Virus record (IMG/VR): IMGVR_UViG_3300023197_000085
Location: 1 to 24,814 of that record
Reading direction: 5' to 3' (one strand)
Origin: a virus
Lineage: Duplodnaviria > Caudoviricetes
Length of the DNA stretch: 24,814 nucleotides
Part shown: one piece after another, positions 1 to 8,164 of the stretch
Numbering within the stretch: the stretch's first letter is position 1
Layout: the number at the start of each line of letters is the position of its first letter
Program-made: the position numbers and the translations under genes
The notes under the pieces: generated by a model
What the model saw: only the letters and a program-made list of their open reading frames with translations
Told to the model about the DNA's origin: nothing
The model's database searches: none

Positions 1-1
1 T

Positions 2-703
2 GCCCGGCTCGGGATTGGTCACGGCGGCGTCGATGATCGACTGACTCACGCTGCGCGCGTGAAAGCGGTAGGCGCCGTAGGGACCCGCGACGGACAGGCG
101 CTCGGGCGACTCCTGGATGCGCGAGCGATAGCGATCGTCGGTCTCGGCCGCCGCGCCGCCGAAGCTCGGCTGGACGTTCTCGACGCCCGCGATGCCGTCG
201 ACGGGATCGACGAGGGTGGCGATCTCGCCGGGGCGGTAGCCGTTGCCGATGGTCCCCTCGACCTGGGCCGTGACGCCCAGCGTCGCCGTGCCGCCGCCGC
301 CCGTGACCAGGACGTCGTGATCCGTGGAGAAATCGACCTCCCTGTCCTTGGACCGCACCCGCGTCCCGGCGGGCACGACCACCATGCCCTCGCTCTGTTC
401 GGTGGTGGTGAAGCGCAGCGCCGTGACGGCCGGACGCGCGGGCAGGCGTTCGACGCCCCAGAATTGGCCCAGGTAATCGAGCATCGGGTGGGCCGCGAAG
501 GCGAGCAGGTTTTGCTCGCCGGTGAGCTGGATCATCTGGCGCAGGAGCGTCTCCCGATACGCGACCATGTCGATGAGCACGCGCTCCACCTGCGCCGGGT
601 GGAGCGGACGCCCCGACATCTCCTCGTACATGGCCACCAGCTCGCCGGTGACCGTCTCCGGATCGCGCGTGACGAAGTCCGGATGCGGCAGGCCGTTGGT
701 CAC
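2..703 (-). CDS. Baseplate J/gp47 family wedge protein (partial, continues past left edge)
   Basis: Not in the ORF track; translated by hand from GTG at 703 (GTGA overlap with the W stop): MTNGLPHPDFVTRDPETVTGELVAMYEEMSGRPLHPAQVERVLIDMVAYRE...QNLLAFAAHPMLDYLG...GGAAAETDDRYRSRI...SVAGPYGAYRFHA. These are typical baseplate-J motifs, and the gene follows W. Confidence 0.93.
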   Translation of the reverse strand, partial: MTNGLPHPDFVTRDPETVTGELVAMYEEMSGRPLHPAQVERVLIDMVAYRETLLRQMIQLTGEQNLLAFAAHPMLDYLGQFWGVERLPARPAVTALRFTTTEQSEGMVVVPAGTRVRSKDREVDFSTDHDVLVTGGGGTATLGVTAQVEGTIGNGYRPGEIATLVDPVDGIAGVENVQPSFGGAAAETDDRYRSRIQESPERLSVAGPYGAYRFHARSVSQSIIDAAVTNPEPG

Positions 704-1062
704 AGCTCGACCTCCGTGGTCTGCTCGGCGTCCAGGCCGTCGGCCGGCACCCATCGGACGCGCACGCGCATGCGCGCGTTGCCGGGCGCGACCTCGACGC
801 CGCGGATGCGCGCCCGCGGCTCCCATGCCTCGATCGCCGCGACGCTCTCCCGGATGACGTGCGGGCGCGCCTGCATGACGGGCATGTCCAGGTAGCGCCA
901 CAGGTCGGAGGCGAAGCCCGGCCGGTGCGGGTCCGAGCCCTTGGGCGTGGTCAGGATGATCGCGATCGCCTGCCCGATGTCCGCGAGATCGGTCACGACC
1001 TCGCCGTCCGCGTCGAGGCGCGGCTGCCAGTTGAGGGCGTCGATCTCGCGGACGTCGGTCAT
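700..1062 (-). CDS. GPW/gp25 family baseplate wedge protein
   Basis: DIGQAIAIILTTPKGSDPHRPGFASDL...AIEAWEPR signature; start moved to MTDVRE (1062). Confidence 0.92.
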   Translation of the reverse strand: MTDVREIDALNWQPRLDADGEVVTDLADIGQAIAIILTTPKGSDPHRPGFASDLWRYLDMPVMQARPHVIRESVAAIEAWEPRARIRGVEVAPGNARMRVRVRWVPADGLDAEQTTEVEL

Positions 1063-1155
1063 CGGGCGCTTCCCGTTGCGATGCGCCGGCGGTGGGTGGC
1101 ACTGCACTGCGATCTTACGAGCCGAACGCTACGCGCGTGCGAAGGGCGCCGGGAG

Positions 1156-1170
1156 CCGAAAGGGCTTTAG
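1156..1170 (-). promoter_or_regulatory. Putative late-activator (Mor/C-type) binding site upstream of W
   Basis: CCGAAAGGGCTTTAG, a one-mismatch copy of the CGAAA-N4-TTTCG palindrome; TAGCGT lies 24 nt downstream on the minus strand. Confidence 0.55.
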
Positions 1171-1709
1171 GCGCCGTCGGGGTCGCCGCCGAGCGGCGGC
1201 AGGTGGCCGGCCGCGCGCAGCTCGGCCTCGCGTTCCGGGCCGAGGCTCGGGTGCTCGCGCACGAAGCGGTCCCGGTCGGAACTCCAGTTGTTGACCACCA
1301 GGATCTCGAAATCGCGGTCGGCGTGGACGGCCGGCGCGCTCGCCAGCTCGGCGCGGACGGTGAACCCGAACGCCCGCTGGCCGGCGGCGGCCGAGCCGGT
1401 GGTGGCGTAGCGGCCGCCCGTCGCGTCGGCCGTGTCGTAACTCTCGGGCGCCCGGTCCCAGCCGGGCACCGCCGCGTCCAGCTCGGTGATCGTCCCGTCG
1501 ATCACGCCCGTGGCCGGGTCGAGATCCAGGCCCGGCGGCAGCGCGCCGGCGACGACGCGGTACTGGACCGCGCCGGCCGGTTGCGCCTCGAGCTGATGGC
1601 GCCAGCGGAAGAGCTCGCGCCCGTTCGGGCTGTTGACCGCCGACGCCAATCGTCCCGCCGGCGTGACCCAGGCCACGCTCGGGGCCGCCGCCCCGCCGCT
1701 ATCCGCCAT
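1167..1709 (-). CDS. Putative Ig-like (He_PIG-type) domain protein, spike-associated
   Basis: 180 aa from MADSGG (1709), overlapping the PAAR stop; YRVVAGALPPGLDLDPATGVIDGT...FGFTVRA is a putative-Ig motif. Confidence 0.75.
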   Translation of the reverse strand: MADSGGAAAPSVAWVTPAGRLASAVNSPNGRELFRWRHQLEAQPAGAVQYRVVAGALPPGLDLDPATGVIDGTITELDAAVPGWDRAPESYDTADATGGRYATTGSAAAGQRAFGFTVRAELASAPAVHADRDFEILVVNNWSSDRDRFVREHPSLGPEREAELRAAGHLPPLGGDPDGA

Positions 1710-1995
1710 TGACGACCACGTTCGGGCTGCCGGTGGCGGCGACGGAGCCGCAATCGACCGGATCGCCGATGCGGCCGGTCGCGCGGCCGTTGGTGAAGAC
1801 GTTCGGCGAGCCCTCGGCGAGCGTCCCGCCGTGCGGCGGCGACGGCGAGACGGACCCGTGGGGCCGCCAGGCGTCGCCGACGCGGTGCTTGGGCTTGCCG
1901 TTGGCGAAGACGTTCGGGCTGGCCGACGCGTTCTCGCGGGGCGGCCAGGAGCCGTGCCCCGTGCAGATGTCGGGATGGCGATGCTGGGCCGGCAT
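1699..1995 (-). CDS. PAAR domain spike-tip protein
   Basis: DICTGHG...SPNVFANGKPKHRVGD...H...HGG...GSPNVFTNGRATGRIGDPVDCG with His/Cys metal ligands; directly follows gpV. Confidence 0.93.
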   Translation of the reverse strand: MPAQHRHPDICTGHGSWPPRENASASPNVFANGKPKHRVGDAWRPHGSVSPSPPHGGTLAEGSPNVFTNGRATGRIGDPVDCGSVAATGSPNVVVNGG

Positions 1996-2001
1996 GATGA
2001 C

Positions 2002-2469
2002 TCACCTGTCGTCGTTCTCGTCGATTCGGTCGGCACGGAGGTAGATGTTCGACGGCGTGACGATGAGCGCCGACGTGCCGGTGCGGATCTCGATCGTCCC
2101 GCCGCAGGCCGTCAGGTCGATCGTGTAGCGGTGCGTCCGCCGGTTGTATTCGCGCACCGCCCCGTCCCGGTCGGTCACGTGATCGACGTCCGGGTCCGCG
2201 GTCGGGACCGCGTCGGTCCCGGAATACAGGGCGCCCACGACGTGCCCGTCCTCGTGCCGGTCGTCCATCAGGCAGAGCACGTACTCGTCCACGTCGGGCA
2301 GCCAGACCGCCTTGTCGTCGCGGGTCTTTCGCTGCGGCACGTCCAGCCAGTTGGACACCACGCCGTCCAGCTCGGGCCAGCGCACGCGCACCCGGCAGGT
2401 CGCCGGATCGCGCGCCGTGACGAAGCCCCGCCGGTGGATGCCCGCGCTGGGCGCCCTAGTCGTCGACAT
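2002..2469 (-). CDS. Baseplate assembly protein V / central spike
   Basis: From MSTTRA (2469): RVRVRWPELDGVVSNWL...WLPDVDEYVLCL...GHVVGALYS...DGAVREYNR, matching the GpV OB-fold pattern. Confidence 0.9.
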   Translation of the reverse strand: MSTTRAPSAGIHRRGFVTARDPATCRVRVRWPELDGVVSNWLDVPQRKTRDDKAVWLPDVDEYVLCLMDDRHEDGHVVGALYSGTDAVPTADPDVDHVTDRDGAVREYNRRTHRYTIDLTACGGTIEIRTGTSALIVTPSNIYLRADRIDENDDR

Positions 2470-3469
2470 GCACGATCTCCAGCTCGGTCGCGTAGCCGCC
2501 GTCGGACAGCGTGTGGTCCGCGCTGTCGATCTGCACCTTGCCGGACAGCGCGCCGAAGCCGGCCAGGCGCAGATTGGCGCCGGCGACCAGGCGCGGATCG
2601 CCCTCGACCTGGAGCCGCCCCGTGCGCTGCTTGCGGTTTTCCCGGCGGAGCAGGGCCTCGGCGCGCGCCTCGGCCTGCGCCGCGTTCTCCACGCGGATCT
2701 CCCGGCGCAGGGTGTCGTCGGCCGTGATCCGCTCGGCCTCGACGCCCGGCGCGGTGACCGTGCGTTTGATGGTCTCGCGCGATTGCGGCGGCTGGTAGCG
2801 CACCTCGGCCGCTTTGTAGACGCCCTCGGCGCGGTCGGTGATCGACCAGCTCTCGACCTCCCCGGGGCGGATCGCGCGGATCTCCGGTTGCCCGGCCAGC
2901 TCGCCCAGCCCGGCGAAGACCAGGGTGTCGTCGCGCACCGTGACCACGTAGCCGTAATCCTCGGCAAGCTGGGTCAGGAAATCGAGGTCCTCCTGATCGC
3001 GCTGGGTGATGCGCTTGAACGGAATGGCCGCGATGTCCCCCACGACCTCCAGGTCGTGGGCGCGCGCGATCCGGGTCACGATCGCCGGGAGCTGGGTGTC
3101 CTCGAACTCGCGCGTGCGCCGGGTGCGCAGGTCCTGGCTCACACTCGCCGACATCGCGCGGATGGTCAGCGTGTCCCCGCGCTGGCCCCCCTTGAAGTCG
3201 AGCTGGTCGACCCGGAAGCGCCCGGCGTCCATCAACGGCCGCCGGCGATAGCCGAAGCGCAGCCGGATCGCGTCGCGCTTGGACGGGAACCACGGGCCGC
3301 GCCACCGGCCGTCCCGGTCGTCGAGCTCGACCTCGATCTCCTCGGACGCGCCGTGGAGGGTGTCGCGGTGGGTGACCTGTTTCACCATGGGCGCGATGTC
3401 GCGCGTGACGTCGACGCCGTCGTAGGTCACCTCGAAAGCGTGGGCGGTCACCGGCTGCGTGCGCGGCAT
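2456..3469 (-). CDS. Late control D (GpD) family baseplate hub
   Basis: YDGVDVTRDI...EEIEVELDDRDGRW...RITQRDQEDLDFLTQLAEDYG...GDPRLVAG...GGYATELE; GGAGG RBS upstream. Confidence 0.92.
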   Translation of the reverse strand: MPRTQPVTAHAFEVTYDGVDVTRDIAPMVKQVTHRDTLHGASEEIEVELDDRDGRWRGPWFPSKRDAIRLRFGYRRRPLMDAGRFRVDQLDFKGGQRGDTLTIRAMSASVSQDLRTRRTREFEDTQLPAIVTRIARAHDLEVVGDIAAIPFKRITQRDQEDLDFLTQLAEDYGYVVTVRDDTLVFAGLGELAGQPEIRAIRPGEVESWSITDRAEGVYKAAEVRYQPPQSRETIKRTVTAPGVEAERITADDTLRREIRVENAAQAEARAEALLRRENRKQRTGRLQVEGDPRLVAGANLRLAGFGALSGKVQIDSADHTLSDGGYATELEIVHVDD

Positions 3470-3505
3470 GCGAACGGCCTCCCAAATCTTAACACGGCCC
3501 GGCCC

Positions 3506-3760
3506 TCACCGCGGGCGCTTCCACGGCGGCAGCCCCGGATCGTCCAGGGCGTCGCCGTCCAGGCGCACCGGGATCCGCAGCTCGAGCCCGCCGGGCAGGA
3601 TGGGTGTGATGGGCACGTCCGGATTGGCGCGCACGATGGGCTCGTAGGCCGTCGCCAGGCCGTAGTGGCGCCAGGCGATGAGATCCCACCGGTCGCCCTG
3701 GACGGTCGTGTAGGCGACCGCCTCCGTGTCGCTCACGCGGATGCCGCCGAACGCGCTCAT
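3506..3760 (-). CDS. Tail protein X (GpX, LysM-like)
   Basis: Last 84 aa of the 805-aa track ORF: YTTVQGDRWDLIAWRHYG...IVRANP...LPGGLELRIP...LPPWKR; ATGA overlap with the GpU stop. Confidence 0.92.
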   Translation of the reverse strand: MSAFGGIRVSDTEAVAYTTVQGDRWDLIAWRHYGLATAYEPIVRANPDVPITPILPGGLELRIPVRLDGDALDDPGLPPWKRPR

Positions 3761-4263
3761 TCGCGCCTCACGATTTTGCCCGCGGGCACGCTGCCGGGAT
3801 CGGCCGGCCGCGGCCGATCGGGCCGGGGCGCGCGGGCGCGCGGCGAGCCCGGCACGGCCGGCCGCGGCGGCCGCGCCGGCGACGACTCGCCCGCCCATTC
3901 GCGCAGCTCCAGGTTCAGCTCGACCGCGATGGGCTGGCCGTCCGGGAACGTGGACCGGTGTTTCTCCGACAGGCCGGTGACGACGAAGGTCCCCACGATC
4001 CGCCCGTCGCCGCGCTGGAGCGTCTGCGCCTCGCCGCTGTCGGCCGCGGCTTTCAGGTCGTCGATCGTCGCTTGCACCGCGTCCTTGCCGTGGTGGAGCT
4101 TGATCTTGAGCGTGCCCGTCGTGAGCTCGCGCCCGGTGGCCTGCAGCCGCGCCGGCCCGCCGGCCCGCTTGTGCTCGGCATAGCTCCAGCCGTGCTTGAG
4201 CTCGTGGCCCATCACCGACAGAACGTCGAGCTTGCGCGCGCCCAGGTAGGCCCAGGTCCCCAT
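3757..4263 (-). CDS. Phage tail protein, GpU family
   Basis: WSYAEHKRAGGPARLQATG...GDGRIVGTFVV...AVELNLELREW; located after the tape measure gene. Confidence 0.88.
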   Translation of the reverse strand: MGTWAYLGARKLDVLSVMGHELKHGWSYAEHKRAGGPARLQATGRELTTGTLKIKLHHGKDAVQATIDDLKAAADSGEAQTLQRGDGRIVGTFVVTGLSEKHRSTFPDGQPIAVELNLELREWAGESSPARPPRPAVPGSPRARAPRPDRPRPADPGSVPAGKIVRRE

Positions 4264-4266
4264 GGC

Positions 4267-7200
4267 TCAGTCCTCGTCCTGCCGGTAGCCGCGCCGGCGC
4301 CGACGCGCCAGCGCGTCCTCGACGATCCGGGCGAGCTTCGGGCCCATGGCCTCCAGCCGCGCCTCCAGGTCGTCGAGCTGCTCGGCGCTCGGCTCGCCCT
4401 CGATGGTGATCTGGATGGGCGCGTCGACGGTGACCTGGGTCGGCCCGGCCGTCGCGCCCGGGTCCAGCTCGGGCGTGATCACCTCGGGCGGACGGAACGG
4501 CGGCGGCGTCGGCTGCGGCACGGGCGGCGGCTGGCTCGCCTGGGCGACGCCCTGGGCCAGGGTTACGGCGACGGGCGTCTCCGCCAGCCGCGCCACGACC
4601 TCGCTCGGGGCATTCACCGCCGGCGGTCGCGGCGCCTGGACGCTGGGCGCGGCCACGGGTGGCGGTTGCGGGGCTTCCACGCTCGGCGCCGCCTGCTGAA
4701 CCACCTCGGCCGGCGGCGCCTGAACGCTGGGCGCGGCCACGGGGGGTGGTTGCGGGGCTTCCACGCTCGGCGCCGCCTGCTGGATCACCTCGGCCGGCGG
4801 GGCCTGGACGCTGGGCGCGGCCACGGCGGGCGGTTGCGGGGCTTCCACGCTCGGCGCCGCCTGCTGGATCACCTGCGCCGGCGGCACCTGGACGGCGGGC
4901 GCCGCCTGCTGAACCACCTCGGGCGGCGGCGCGGTCACGCTGGGCGCCGGCGGCGGGGCGGCCTCGGGCGGCGGCGCCGGCTGTGCAAAACCCTCGGCCA
5001 AGGTCACCGCGATGGGCGTCTCCGCCAGCCGCGCCACCACCTCGCGCGGGGCATTCACCGCCGGCGGGCGCGGCGCCTGCACGCTGGGCGCGGCCACGGC
5101 GGGCGGTTGCGGCGCCTGGACGGCGGGCGCCGCCTGCTGGATCACCTCGGCCGGCGGCGCCGTCACGTTGGGCGCCGGCGGCTGGGCCGGCGCGGGCGAC
5201 GGTGGCGGCGGCAGGACCGTGGGTTGCGGCGCCTGGACGGCCGGCGCGGCCTGTTCGACCACCTTGGGCGGCGGCACGGCGACGCTGGGCGCCGGCGGTT
5301 GCGGCGGCTGGACGTGCGGACGCTCGGCCACCGCCACGCGCGTGCGCGCCTCGGCCGGCTGGGCCGCCGGGGCCGGTGGAGGCTGCACCGTGACCTCGGG
5401 CGGCGGCTGCTCGGCATTCGCGGGCGCCGGCTCGGGCGGCGCGGGCCGCGGCGGGCCCGACGCGCGCGCCGCCGCGCCGGCGGCGAGGGCGTCCCGCGCC
5501 GCCTTCGGCATGGCGTTGGCGGACGCCTCGGCCGCGTCCCGCTGTGTCTGGTCCGGGAGCTTCGGCGCCGCCTCGGCCTGCGCGGTCAGCCCCTCCAGGC
5601 CCAACTTGTCCAACACCCAGCTCGGCATCACCGAGAGCAGGTCCTCCACCGCCCCCGTCAGCCAGGCCACGAGCTGCTGCCAGCGCTGCGTGATCCCGTC
5701 CGCCAGGCCGCCGATGAATTCGCTGCCGATGGCGAACAGGTCGATGCCGAACAGGTATTCGATCAGCGCGTTGATCCCCTGGGCGACCAGGCCGACGGGA
5801 CTGAAGTTCGCCAACAGGTGCAGGATCCCGTTGACGAACCCGTCCTCGAACGCCTGGGTGATGCCCTGCCAGGCCTGGGTGAGCCAGGCCGTGACCTGGT
5901 CCCAGTTGGCCACCAGCAGCCACGCCGCCGCCGCGACCGCGACGATCGCCCCGACGATCCAGGTCAGCGGGTTCGCCAGCAGCGCCGATTTGAACGCCCA
6001 GACGGCGGCCATTGCCGAGCGAATAGCGGGTAACAGAGCACCGACCATTCGTACGGCCAAGTACTTGGTCTGCACCATGAATGTACGCATATTGCGTACG
6101 AGATCAGGCCACTTTTCCGCGATCTTACTGTAGGCCCAAAGCGCGTTCCCACCGACGGTCATGAATGCGCCAGCCAGAGTCATGATCGGGCCGACCACGA
6201 GCAGGGTCGCCGCGCTGATCGCCGCCAGGGTGAGCCCGACGCGCACCAGGGTCGGGTTCGCCTCGGCGAACGCCATCATCCCCTGCACCATGTCCGCGAA
6301 GACCGGGATCATGTCCTTGAGCACGGGCAGGAATTCCTGCCCCGCCGTGATCTTCAGCGCGTTGAACTGGCTGTTGAGCTGGTCGAGCTGCGCCTGCGTC
6401 GTGCCCGCCTTGTTCTCGAACTCCGCCAGCATGGAGCCCGAGACGTCCTGATTCGCCTGGGCGAACGCGCTCTTCAGGTTGTCCAGGTTGGTCAGCAAGG
6501 GCGCGATGGCGCCCTTGCTCTCCTCGCCGAAGACCCGCTTGATGAGCGAACCGCGCTGCTCCGCCGGCGCCTCCGCCAGCGCCTGGAAGACGCGCATGAT
6601 CGCCCCTTGCGCGTCCTCCTGCATCAGTTCGGCCATGTTCTGAACATCCAGGCCCAGCGCCTGGAACGCCTCGCGCTGGCGCTTGCTCGCGCTTTCGCCG
6701 GCCTCCAGCGCGCCCGTGAGGTTCTTGAGGGCCGTCGCGGCGATCTCGGGAGGTTGGCCGGAGGACAGCAGCGCCGCCGAGAGCGCCGCCGTTTCCTGCG
6801 CCGCCAGCCCGGCGGTCTTGGCCTGCGCCCCCTGCCGGGTGATGACGTCGGCGATCGCGCCCGCCTGGGCGTTCATGTTGTTGGACAGGTGGTTCGCGAC
6901 GTTGGCGAGATGGACCACCTCGTCCTGCGTCTGGTCCATGCCCGCCCGCCAGTCGGCCATGCTCTTGCCCGCGACCTTCGCGGACATATCGAACGCCGTG
7001 GACATCACGGCCGCGTCCTCGGCGAACGCCAGGAGGTCCTCGCGCGCGATGTTGGACTGCCCGGCCGCCGCCACGATGGACTGGATGCCGCTGATCGACG
7101 TCGGCAGCTCGCTCGACAGCGCCAGGATGTCCTTCTGCATCGCCTGAAACTGCTCGGGCGCGCCGAAATCCACGACCTTCCGGATGTCGGCCATCTGCGA

Positions 7201-7431
7201 CTCGAACTGGACGGCCGGGGCCATCGCCGCTTCCATGCCTTCCTTCATGGCGAAGCCCGAGGCCGCCGTCATGGCGCCGGCGGCCTGCATCTGCGTGCCC
7301 ATCTCGGCCATGCGCCGGCCCTGCTGGGACGCCTTCTCCAGGCCCTCCATCGACGCCATGGCCTCTTTCATCGGCCCCGTGAACTGATCGACCAGGCTCA
7401 GGATGACGGCGATGTTGAAGTCGTTACCCAT
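4267..7431 (-). CDS. Tail tape measure protein (TP901-type core) with Pro/Ala/Gln-rich repeat region
   Basis: 1054 aa; AVQFESQMADIRKVVDF, ALLANPLTWIVGAIVAVAAAAWLLVANWD and hydrophobic segments; synteny with chaperone and GpU. Confidence 0.95.
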   Translation of the reverse strand: MGNDFNIAVILSLVDQFTGPMKEAMASMEGLEKASQQGRRMAEMGTQMQAAGAMTAASGFAMKEGMEAAMAPAVQFESQMADIRKVVDFGAPEQFQAMQKDILALSSELPTSISGIQSIVAAAGQSNIAREDLLAFAEDAAVMSTAFDMSAKVAGKSMADWRAGMDQTQDEVVHLANVANHLSNNMNAQAGAIADVITRQGAQAKTAGLAAQETAALSAALLSSGQPPEIAATALKNLTGALEAGESASKRQREAFQALGLDVQNMAELMQEDAQGAIMRVFQALAEAPAEQRGSLIKRVFGEESKGAIAPLLTNLDNLKSAFAQANQDVSGSMLAEFENKAGTTQAQLDQLNSQFNALKITAGQEFLPVLKDMIPVFADMVQGMMAFAEANPTLVRVGLTLAAISAATLLVVGPIMTLAGAFMTVGGNALWAYSKIAEKWPDLVRNMRTFMVQTKYLAVRMVGALLPAIRSAMAAVWAFKSALLANPLTWIVGAIVAVAAAAWLLVANWDQVTAWLTQAWQGITQAFEDGFVNGILHLLANFSPVGLVAQGINALIEYLFGIDLFAIGSEFIGGLADGITQRWQQLVAWLTGAVEDLLSVMPSWVLDKLGLEGLTAQAEAAPKLPDQTQRDAAEASANAMPKAARDALAAGAAARASGPPRPAPPEPAPANAEQPPPEVTVQPPPAPAAQPAEARTRVAVAERPHVQPPQPPAPSVAVPPPKVVEQAAPAVQAPQPTVLPPPPSPAPAQPPAPNVTAPPAEVIQQAAPAVQAPQPPAVAAPSVQAPRPPAVNAPREVVARLAETPIAVTLAEGFAQPAPPPEAAPPPAPSVTAPPPEVVQQAAPAVQVPPAQVIQQAAPSVEAPQPPAVAAPSVQAPPAEVIQQAAPSVEAPQPPPVAAPSVQAPPAEVVQQAAPSVEAPQPPPVAAPSVQAPRPPAVNAPSEVVARLAETPVAVTLAQGVAQASQPPPVPQPTPPPFRPPEVITPELDPGATAGPTQVTVDAPIQITIEGEPSAEQLDDLEARLEAMGPKLARIVEDALARRRRRGYRQDED
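4551..5300. repeat. In-frame coding repeat array in the tape measure gene
   Basis: Three tandem 84-bp units (4634-4717, 4718-4801, 4802-4885; about PPAEVIQQAAPSVEAPQPPAVAAPSVQA), further degenerate copies, and a larger duplication at 441-bp offset (about 4551-4672 vs 4992-5113). Confidence 0.92.
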
Positions 7432-7444
7432 TCTGGCGTACCGT
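7415..7444 (+). promoter_or_regulatory. Putative sigma70 promoter for a leaderless moron transcript
   Basis: TTGAAG (7415-7420), 18-nt spacer, TACCGT (7439-7444); ATG 6 nt later with no Shine-Dalgarno. Confidence 0.4.
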
Positions 7445-7450
7445 TAGCCC

Positions 7451-7633
7451 ATGAACGTGATCGTCACACTGGTTATCGTGCTGCTGATCTGCGCCGGCCT
7501 TGGCGCCCTCGCGGGGCTGGTGTGGGCGACGGTGAAAGCCATCCCGATGTTCGTGCGTGCCACGAAGCAAGGTATCGCCGAGAGCCGTGCCGAGCTTGGT
7601 GAGCATGAAGCGCGAGACAACACCGACCGCTAA
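7451..7633 (+). CDS. Small single-pass membrane protein (moron), possible superinfection exclusion
   Basis: 60 aa with an N-terminal hydrophobic helix (VIVTLVIVLLICAGLGALAGLVW) and charged tail; fills the chaperone-tape measure gap in antisense orientation. Confidence 0.7.
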   Translation: MNVIVTLVIVLLICAGLGALAGLVWATVKAIPMFVRATKQGIAESRAELGEHEARDNTDR

Positions 7634-7634
7634 A

Positions 7635-7823
7635 CTACCCCTTCCCCGTCGCCGCCTCGCGCTGGGCGTCCATGGCCTTGCGCACCTTGCGCTGGTGCTC
7701 GCGCACGGCCTCGGCGATCTCCGCCAGCTCGCTCAGCGGGAGCCGTTCGAGCCGTCGGAGGTCGAGTCCGGTGGGCTCGACGAGCCCAACAAGGTCTCGA
7801 CGACGGACGATACAGACTTTCCC
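7635..7823 (-). CDS. -1 frameshift extension of the tail assembly chaperone (lambda GT / P2 E' equivalent)
   Basis: The -1 frame after GGGAAAG reads GKVCIVRRRDLVGLVEPTGLDLRRLERLPLSELAEIAEAVREHQRKV..., stop at 7635. Confidence 0.8.
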   Translation of the reverse strand, partial: GKVCIVRRRDLVGLVEPTGLDLRRLERLPLSELAEIAEAVREHQRKVRKAMDAQREAATGKG

Positions 7824-8164
7824 CCGCTCAAAGCCGCCGGCATGAGGGCGTAGACGTCCTGGAGCGGCCATTCCTGGATGTCCTCGAACGTCACCGGCTC
7901 GCCGTCCACGCGCGTGCACTGCGCCACGATGGCCATCTGCTGGGCCATCATGTTCGCCGAATCGCCCATGGACAGCAGCCGCCCGGCGGCGATGCTGTCC
8001 TTGCCCAGCGCCTGGCGCACCCGCGCCGTGCGCCCGGAGACCGGCAGCGTCACGGCCGTCCGGCCGTCGTCTTGGGCGGGCGCCGCGGCCGCGGCCTGTC
8101 CGTCGGCCGCCCCGCCCGAGCCGGCGGGGGTTTCGGTTTGCTCGGTCGCGTTAGACGATGCCAT
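7733..8164 (-). CDS. Tail assembly chaperone
   Basis: VTLPVSGRTARVRQALGKD...VDGEPVTFEDIQEWPLQDV; lies between tube and tape measure and contains the slippery site; AGAAAGG RBS-like sequence upstream. Confidence 0.85.
   Translation of the reverse strand: MASSNATEQTETPAGSGGAADGQAAAAAPAQDDGRTAVTLPVSGRTARVRQALGKDSIAAGRLLSMGDSANMMAQQMAIVAQCTRVDGEPVTFEDIQEWPLQDVYALMPAALSGGKSVSSVVETLLGSSSPPDSTSDGSNGSR
7817..7823 (-). other. Programmed -1 ribosomal frameshift site G-GGA-AAG
   Basis: Minus strand AGC GGG GGA AAG TCT is in the chaperone frame; same heptamer as the lambda G/GT site. Confidence 0.85.

Noticed and set aside
3470-3505. TGnTAAGAT extended -10 upstream of GpD as a Mu P_P equivalent
   Set aside because: No activator palindrome at the expected distance, and the implied TSS would fall inside the GGAGG RBS.
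4634-4885. Repeat array as a CRISPR array or DGR template/variable repeat
   Set aside because: Units are contiguous, in-frame 84-mers without unique spacers; no cas or reverse transcriptase gene in the window.
3506-5923. 805-aa minus-strand ORF and 691-aa plus-strand ORF (3958-6033) over the tape measure repeats
   Set aside because: Alternate-frame or antisense shadows of GC-rich repetitive coding DNA; only the last 84 aa of the 805-aa ORF (GpX) look real.
7424-7606. Minus-strand 60-aa ORF in the chaperone-tape measure gap
   Set aside because: Mirror of the plus-strand membrane ORF, which has the more credible composition and a promoter-like sequence.
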